A stretch of 20,104 nt of DNA from Myxococcota bacterium (GTDB lineage Bacteria; Myxococcota_A; Polyangia; Polyangiales; Sandaracinaceae): assembly GCA_036149055.1 (NCBI GenBank), contig JAYZQJ010000087.1, positions 1-20,104 on the forward strand, given 5' to 3'. A model generated the notes under the pieces. The model did not search any database. It was not told the DNA's origin and saw only the letters and a list, made by a program, of their open reading frames with translations. Shown in pieces: positions 15,462 to 20,104 of this stretch. Position 1 is the first letter of the stretch, and each line of letters begins with the position of its first letter. A program made the translations under genes and the position numbers.

Positions 15462-16079
15462 TCACAGCCGGCGCGCGAGCACCCGGTAGACCGGCAGGCC
15501 GTCCTCGTCGGCGCGCACCTCGCGGTTCGAGCGCGCGCCGGTCGGGTTGTGATCCACGCGCCAGCCGTCGCCGACCGGGGCGAACGCGCCGTGGCCGGCG
15601 ATCCGCGCCTGGTAGTCGTCGGCCCGCTCCTCGACGTCGGTCTGCACGAAGAGCTCGCCCCCCGGCGCGAGCAGCCGCGCCAGGTCGTCGAGGAAGGGTT
15701 CGGTCACGACCATGCGCTTCTGGTGGCGCTTCTTCCACCACGGGTCGGGGAAGTGGACGTAGACGCGCGAGAGGCAGCCGTCGGGGCCGGAGCGGGCGAG
15801 CAGCTCGCGCACGTCGGCGCGGAAGGCCCGGGCGTGGGCGTAGCCGCGCTTCTTCCGCCGCTCCTCCACCTTGAAGGCCCACTTGGCCTTGATCTCGACC
15901 CCGAGGAGGCGGATCGCGTCCGTCTGGGCGGCGCGCTCGAGGAACGAGAGGCCGCGGCCGAAGCCCACGTCGAGCTCGATCGGGCCCTCGCCCTCGATCA
16001 GCGCGGGCAGGGACACGTCGCCCTCGGGCGGCGTCGGCGCCATCTCTTCGTAGCGGATGGGGGGCGGGGTCTCGTTCAC
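15462..16079 (-). CDS. trmB: tRNA (guanine-N7)-methyltransferase
   Basis: SAM motif ELDVGFGRG, GVEI, the diagnostic HFPDPWWKKRHQKR, and L-x-PGG-x4-QTD. Confidence 0.93.
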   Translation of the reverse strand: MNETPPPIRYEEMAPTPPEGDVSLPALIEGEGPIELDVGFGRGLSFLERAAQTDAIRLLGVEIKAKWAFKVEERRKKRGYAHARAFRADVRELLARSGPDGCLSRVYVHFPDPWWKKRHQKRMVVTEPFLDDLARLLAPGGELFVQTDVEERADDYQARIAGHGAFAPVGDGWRVDHNPTGARSNREVRADEDGLPVYRVLARRL

Positions 16080-16128
16080 GGCGGCGGGGGATATCGCTCG
16101 CGACCTGCGCGCGCAATGCGCACCATTC

Positions 16129-16187
16129 TTGACCCTGGAAGCGTCGAGGCGGTATCCAGGTCCGGCGTAGCTATCCGCGCGAGGAGG
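16129..16187 (+). promoter_or_regulatory. Possible sigma70-like promoter and ribosome-binding site for the romR-like gene
   Basis: TTGACC (16129-16134), 18 nt, TATCCA (16153-16158, weak -10). GAGGAGG at 16181-16187 precedes the GTG at 16193. The RBS is clear; the promoter is tentative. Confidence 0.4.
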
Positions 16188-16192
16188 GACGA

Positions 16193-17122
16193 GTGGCGGT
16201 GAAGATCCTGGCCGCTGACGACAGTGCGACGATGAGGAAGGTCCTGGAGATGACCTTCGCGGGCGAGGCCGTCGAGATCGAGACGGTCGACAGCGGGGAG
16301 GCCGCGGTCCAACGCGCCTCTCAGAGCCCGCCCGACCTCGTCATCGCCGACGCCTCGATGAGCACCGACGGCTACGATGTGGCCCGTCAGCTCAAGGGCA
16401 ACCCGGCGACGTCGAACGTCGCGGTGATGGTGCTCGCGTCGCAGCACACCCCGTTCGACGCCTCCAAGGGCAAGGACGCGGGCGTCGACGATCACATCCT
16501 GAAGCCGTACGACTCGCAGGCGATGATCGACAAGGCGAAGGAGATCTTGTCGAAGCCCCGGGCCAGCGCCAGCGCGGCGTCCCCGGTCGCCGCGGCGCCG
16601 CGTGCGCCACAGAGCCCGCCCTCCCCGCCGAGCCCGCCCTCGCCGCCGCGGCCCGCGTCGCGCACCCCTGGCATCGGTCGACCCTCGAGCCAGATCCCCG
16701 CGGCCAACCCGCGCTCCACGGTGGCGTTCGGCGCGGTGTCCCCGCCCAAGCCCAGCGATCGGCCGGTGCTGCAGCTCGCCGACGAGGACGAGCCGAAGGC
16801 GGCGCCTCAGGCCAAGGTCGCCTCGCCTGCGGTGCCCTCGCGGCCGACCCCGAAGCGCGCGGTCCCGCCGACCGCGTCGAAGCCCGCGGTCACGCCGGCT
16901 CCGGCGCCGCGGAGCCCTGCCCCGAGCGCCGCGGCCGCGGCCGCCACGTCGAGCAACGGCGACCTCGCCGCGAAGCTCGGCGACCTCGGGCTCGACGCCG
17001 GTCAGATCGAGGGCGTGCTGAGCCTGTCGCGCGAGGTGATCGAGCGCGTGGTCTGGGAGGTCGTGCCCGAGCTCGCCGAGGTCATCATCCGCGAAGAGAT
17101 CCGCCGGCTCACCAGCGACTGA
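16193..17122 (+). CDS. romR: RomR-like polarity response regulator: receiver + Pro/Ala-rich linker + RomR-type C-terminal helix, 309 aa
   Basis: Receiver (ILAADDS, PDLVIAD, HILKPY), long Pro-rich region and C-terminal SREVIERVVWEVVPELAEVIIREEI, matching the RomR C-terminus as I recall it. It lies directly upstream of valS. Confidence 0.82.
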   Translation: MAVKILAADDSATMRKVLEMTFAGEAVEIETVDSGEAAVQRASQSPPDLVIADASMSTDGYDVARQLKGNPATSNVAVMVLASQHTPFDASKGKDAGVDDHILKPYDSQAMIDKAKEILSKPRASASAASPVAAAPRAPQSPPSPPSPPSPPRPASRTPGIGRPSSQIPAANPRSTVAFGAVSPPKPSDRPVLQLADEDEPKAAPQAKVASPAVPSRPTPKRAVPPTASKPAVTPAPAPRSPAPSAAAAAATSSNGDLAAKLGDLGLDAGQIEGVLSLSREVIERVVWEVVPELAEVIIREEIRRLTSD

Positions 17123-17175
17123 CGACGCTTTCGCGGTGGATGGCGCGTGGCGTTCGCGGTATGCCACGCGCCACG

Positions 17176-19836
17176 ATGCCGGACCGTTTCGAGACCATCT
17201 CCTTCGACGAGCTCCCCAAGCACTTCGACGCCGCCGAGGCCGAGGACAAGTGGGGGCAGCACTGGGACGAGCGCGGGGTCTACCGCTACGACCCGACGCG
17301 CCCGCGGGAGGAGACGTTCGTCGTCGACACCCCGCCGCCGACCGTCTCGGGCTCGCTCCACGTCGGCCACGTCTTCAGCTACACGCACACCGACGCGATC
17401 GTGCGGCACCGCCGCATGCGCGGGCAGAACATCTTCTACCCCATGGGGTGGGACGACAACGGCCTGCCCACCGAGCGCCGGGTGCAGAACTTCTTCCACG
17501 TGCGCTGCGAACCGGGCGTCCCCTACGACCCCGACCTGAAGCTCGAGCCGGCGTCCGCGAAGAAGATCAAGAAGGAGCGGCCGCTCGTCGTCTCGCGGCG
17601 CAACTTCATCGAGCTCTGCAACCAGGTCACGCAGCAGGACGAGCAGGCGTTCATGGCGCTCTGGCGCCGCCTCGGGCTGAGCGTCGACTGGGCCCAGGAG
17701 TACGCCACCATCGACGACCGCTGCCGCCACCTCGCGCAGCTGTCGTTCCTCGACCTCCACGAGAAGGGCCACCTCTACAGCCACGAGGCCCCGACGATGT
17801 GGGACGTGGACTTCCAGACCGCGGTCGCCCAGGCGGAGGTCGAGGACCGGCCGAAGCAAGGCGCCTTCCACGACATCCGCTTCGGCGTGCAGGGCTCCGA
17901 TCGCTCCTTCGTGATCAGCACCACGCGGCCCGAGCTGCTGCCCGCCTGCGTCGGCGTGACCGCGCACCCCGACGACGAGCGCTTCCAGGATCTCTTCGGC
18001 AAGAACGCGATCACCCCGCTCTTCCACGCGCCGGTGCCGATCTTCCCGAGCGAGCTCGCCGACCCCGAGAAGGGGACCGGCATCCTCATGGTCTGCACCT
18101 TCGGCGACCAGACCGACGTGACCTGGTGGCGCGAGCAGAAGCTGCCCCTCCGGCAGGTGATCGGGCGCAACGGCCGGCTGGTCGAGCTGACCTTCGGCGA
18201 AGGCGACTACCCGAGCGAGAACCCCGAGCAGGCGAACCGCTTCTACGCCGAGCTGCAGGGCAAGACCGTGGTCAGCGCGCGCAAGGACATCGTCGAGATG
18301 CTCCGCGCCCCCGAGGGGCGGGCCGCCGGCGACGACGCCCCGCTCCAGGGCGAGCCGCGGCCGACCGACCAGGCGGTGAAGCACTACGAGAAGGGGGACC
18401 GCCCGCTCGAGTTCGTCACCACGCGCCAGTGGTTCGTGCGGCTGATGGACAAGAAGGACCAGCTCCTCGAGCGCGGCCGGCAGATCGACTGGCACCCGCG
18501 GTTCATGCAGCAGCGCTACGAGATCTGGACCGAGAACCTCGGCCTCGACTGGTGCGTGAGCCGGCAGCGCTACTTCGGCGTCGCGTTCCCGGTCTGGTAC
18601 CGGCTCGACGCCCAGGGCGAGCCCGACTTCGACGCCCCCATCCTCGCCGACGCGGCCTCGCTCCCGGTGGATCCGATGAGCGACACCCCGCCCGGCTACG
18701 AGGAGGCGCAGCGCGACCAGCCCGGCGGCTTCACCGGCGAGCCGGACGTCTTCGACACCTGGTTCACCAGCTCGCTGACCCCCGAGATCGGCTCGCACTG
18801 GCGGCTCGACGCGGACCGCCACCAGCGCCTCTTCCCGGCGGACATGCGGCCCCAGAGCCACGAGATCATCCGCACGTGGGCCTTCTACACCATCGCCAAG
18901 GCGCACCTGCACGAGCAGACGGTGCCCTGGCACAACGTGGTGATCAGCGGCTGGGTGGTCGACCCGCAGCGCAAGAAGCTCAGCAAGAGCTCGGGCAACG
19001 CCAAGACCTCGCCGCCCGAGCTGCTCGACGCCTACACCGCGGACGCGGTGCGCTACTGGGCCTGCGGCGCGCGCCTCGGCACCGACACCGCCTACGAGGA
19101 GAAGGTCTTCAAGGTCGGCAAGCGGCTGGTGACCAAGCTCTACAACGCGGGCAAGTTCGTGCTCTCGCAGGAGGCCGAGCGGCACCCGATCACGCACGAG
19201 CTCGACCGTGCGTTCGTGGCGGAGCTGGCCGCGCTCGTGGCGCAGGCGACGGCGGCCTACGACGAGTTCGAGTTCGGCAAGGCGCTGATGGCCACCGAGC
19301 AGTTCTTCTGGGCCCGCTTCACCGACACCTTCCTCGAGCTGACCAAGGCCCGCGCCCGCGGCGACCTCGGCGACGAGGCGGCCCGGGGCTCGGCGGTGGC
19401 CGCGCTCCGGCTCGGGCTGAACGTGCTGCTCCGCCTGTTCGCGCCGGTGCTGCCCTACATCACCGAGGAGGTCTGGAGCTGGATCTTCGCGAAGGAGACC
19501 GGCCAGCCCTCGATCCACGCCGCCCCGTGGCCGTCGGCCGCGGACTTCGAGGCGGTGGACGCCCCGGCGGACCCGGGCAGCTTCGCCCTCGCGATCGACG
19601 CCCTCACGGTGATCAACAAGCGCAAGAGCGACGACGGCGTGAGCGTCGGCCGGGTCACCGAGGAGCTGACCCTCGCCGCCAACGCCGCCACCGCGGCCCG
19701 CCTCGAGCCGGTCTGGGAAGACGTCGCCGGCGCCGCCCGCTGCCAGGCCAAGACGCTGACCTCCAAGGACGGCCTCGACGACGGCGCGTTCGAGGTGGTC
19801 AGCGCCACCTTCGCCGAGAAGCCCAAGAAGGGCTGA
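17176..19836 (+). CDS. valS: Valine--tRNA ligase, type 2 (actinobacterial/archaeal-like)
   Basis: DTPPPTVSGSLHVGH (HIGH), GWDDNGLPTE, TTRPE, GTG-x-LM-x-CTFG, DWCVSRQR, DVFDTWF, KLSKS (18976-18990). No C-terminal coiled-coil arm. In-frame ATGs at 17140, 17161 and 17176. Confidence 0.96.
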   Translation: MPDRFETISFDELPKHFDAAEAEDKWGQHWDERGVYRYDPTRPREETFVVDTPPPTVSGSLHVGHVFSYTHTDAIVRHRRMRGQNIFYPMGWDDNGLPTERRVQNFFHVRCEPGVPYDPDLKLEPASAKKIKKERPLVVSRRNFIELCNQVTQQDEQAFMALWRRLGLSVDWAQEYATIDDRCRHLAQLSFLDLHEKGHLYSHEAPTMWDVDFQTAVAQAEVEDRPKQGAFHDIRFGVQGSDRSFVISTTRPELLPACVGVTAHPDDERFQDLFGKNAITPLFHAPVPIFPSELADPEKGTGILMVCTFGDQTDVTWWREQKLPLRQVIGRNGRLVELTFGEGDYPSENPEQANRFYAELQGKTVVSARKDIVEMLRAPEGRAAGDDAPLQGEPRPTDQAVKHYEKGDRPLEFVTTRQWFVRLMDKKDQLLERGRQIDWHPRFMQQRYEIWTENLGLDWCVSRQRYFGVAFPVWYRLDAQGEPDFDAPILADAASLPVDPMSDTPPGYEEAQRDQPGGFTGEPDVFDTWFTSSLTPEIGSHWRLDADRHQRLFPADMRPQSHEIIRTWAFYTIAKAHLHEQTVPWHNVVISGWVVDPQRKKLSKSSGNAKTSPPELLDAYTADAVRYWACGARLGTDTAYEEKVFKVGKRLVTKLYNAGKFVLSQEAERHPITHELDRAFVAELAALVAQATAAYDEFEFGKALMATEQFFWARFTDTFLELTKARARGDLGDEAARGSAVAALRLGLNVLLRLFAPVLPYITEEVWSWIFAKETGQPSIHAAPWPSAADFEAVDAPADPGSFALAIDALTVINKRKSDDGVSVGRVTEELTLAANAATAARLEPVWEDVAGAARCQAKTLTSKDGLDDGAFEVVSATFAEKPKKG

Positions 19837-19890
19837 GCGCCTCGAAGCGGCATAGCCCTCGAGCGACACGAAAGAGTTTCTCGCAGGCTT

Positions 19891-19957
19891 CAAATTATTC
19901 TCGCAAAGGCGCGAAGACGCAAAGGGGCTGGGGGCGGCGGGATGGGGGCTGGCCGGC
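19891..19957. repeat. Inverted copy of the ~69-bp element at 387-455 (module D family)
   Basis: Its reverse complement GCCGGCCAGCCCCCATCCCGCCGCCCCCAGCCCCTTTGCGTCTTCGCGCCTTTGCGAGAATAATTTG aligns by hand to 387-455 at about 57/69 positions with 2 gaps. Confidence 0.85.
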
Positions 19958-19961
19958 GGCT

Positions 19962-20090
19962 GCGGGCTGGCCGCCCGCATCACCCTGCCCCTGCCCGGCA
20001 AGCACAGGCGGCCAGCTGACGAGCCGAAGCGACGTCGCCACACGCACCACCCCGCCCGTTCGACCCCACGGCAGCGGGCGGCCAGCTCGC
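19962..20090. repeat. 17-bp inverted repeat enclosing 95 nt
   Basis: GCGGGCTGGCCGCCCGC (19962-19978) versus GCGGGCGGCCAGCTCGC (20074-20090): 16/17 Watson-Crick pairs, the remaining pair G-U. Confidence 0.6.
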
Positions 20091-20104
20091 GCGCAGCGCG
20101 AGCG

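Noticed and set aside
17123..17175. T-box or other leader upstream of valS
   Set aside because: At most 53 nt separate romR and valS, too short for a T-box, and no T-box consensus is present.
387..19957. Composite transposon or genomic island bounded by the inverted ~69-bp repeats
   Set aside because: There is no transposase or integrase, the repeats are only ~83% identical, and the enclosed genes include housekeeping valS and trmB. A dispersed repeat family is simpler.
17002..20043. 1013-aa ORF antisense to valS
   Set aside because: This is a typical antisense open frame produced by G/C-ending codons; it has no domain signal.

Overview
Very GC-rich bacterial DNA, most likely from a myxobacterium (Myxococcota). 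This is inferred from a RomR-like regulator beside valS and an AgmX/PglI-type C-terminal domain; the taxonomy is not confirmed. From left to right: (1) a ~490-bp non-coding mosaic of direct repeats, palindromes and a hexamer array; (2) a minus-strand, translationally coupled GldA/GldF/GldG-like ABC operon ending in a DUF4340-type protein with five tandem repeats; (3) a divergent plus-strand run: ECF sigma factor, an anti-sigma with ZAS + TM + FecR + AgmX/PglI (TonB-C-like) domains, a NodB-type polysaccharide deacetylase, a zinc-ribbon/STAND-ATPase/TPR protein, an octaheme c-type cytochrome, a small hypothetical protein and a CBS-domain histidine kinase; (4) convergent trmB; (5) a romR-like gene and a type-2 (actinobacterial/archaeal-type) valS; (6) a 3' intergenic region holding an inverted copy of the ~69-bp repeat seen at the left end. 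No transposase, integrase, CRISPR array, tRNA or rRNA was recognised. Most long ORFs in the supplied track are GC-rich shadow frames. All domain calls come from motif recognition by eye, with no database search.
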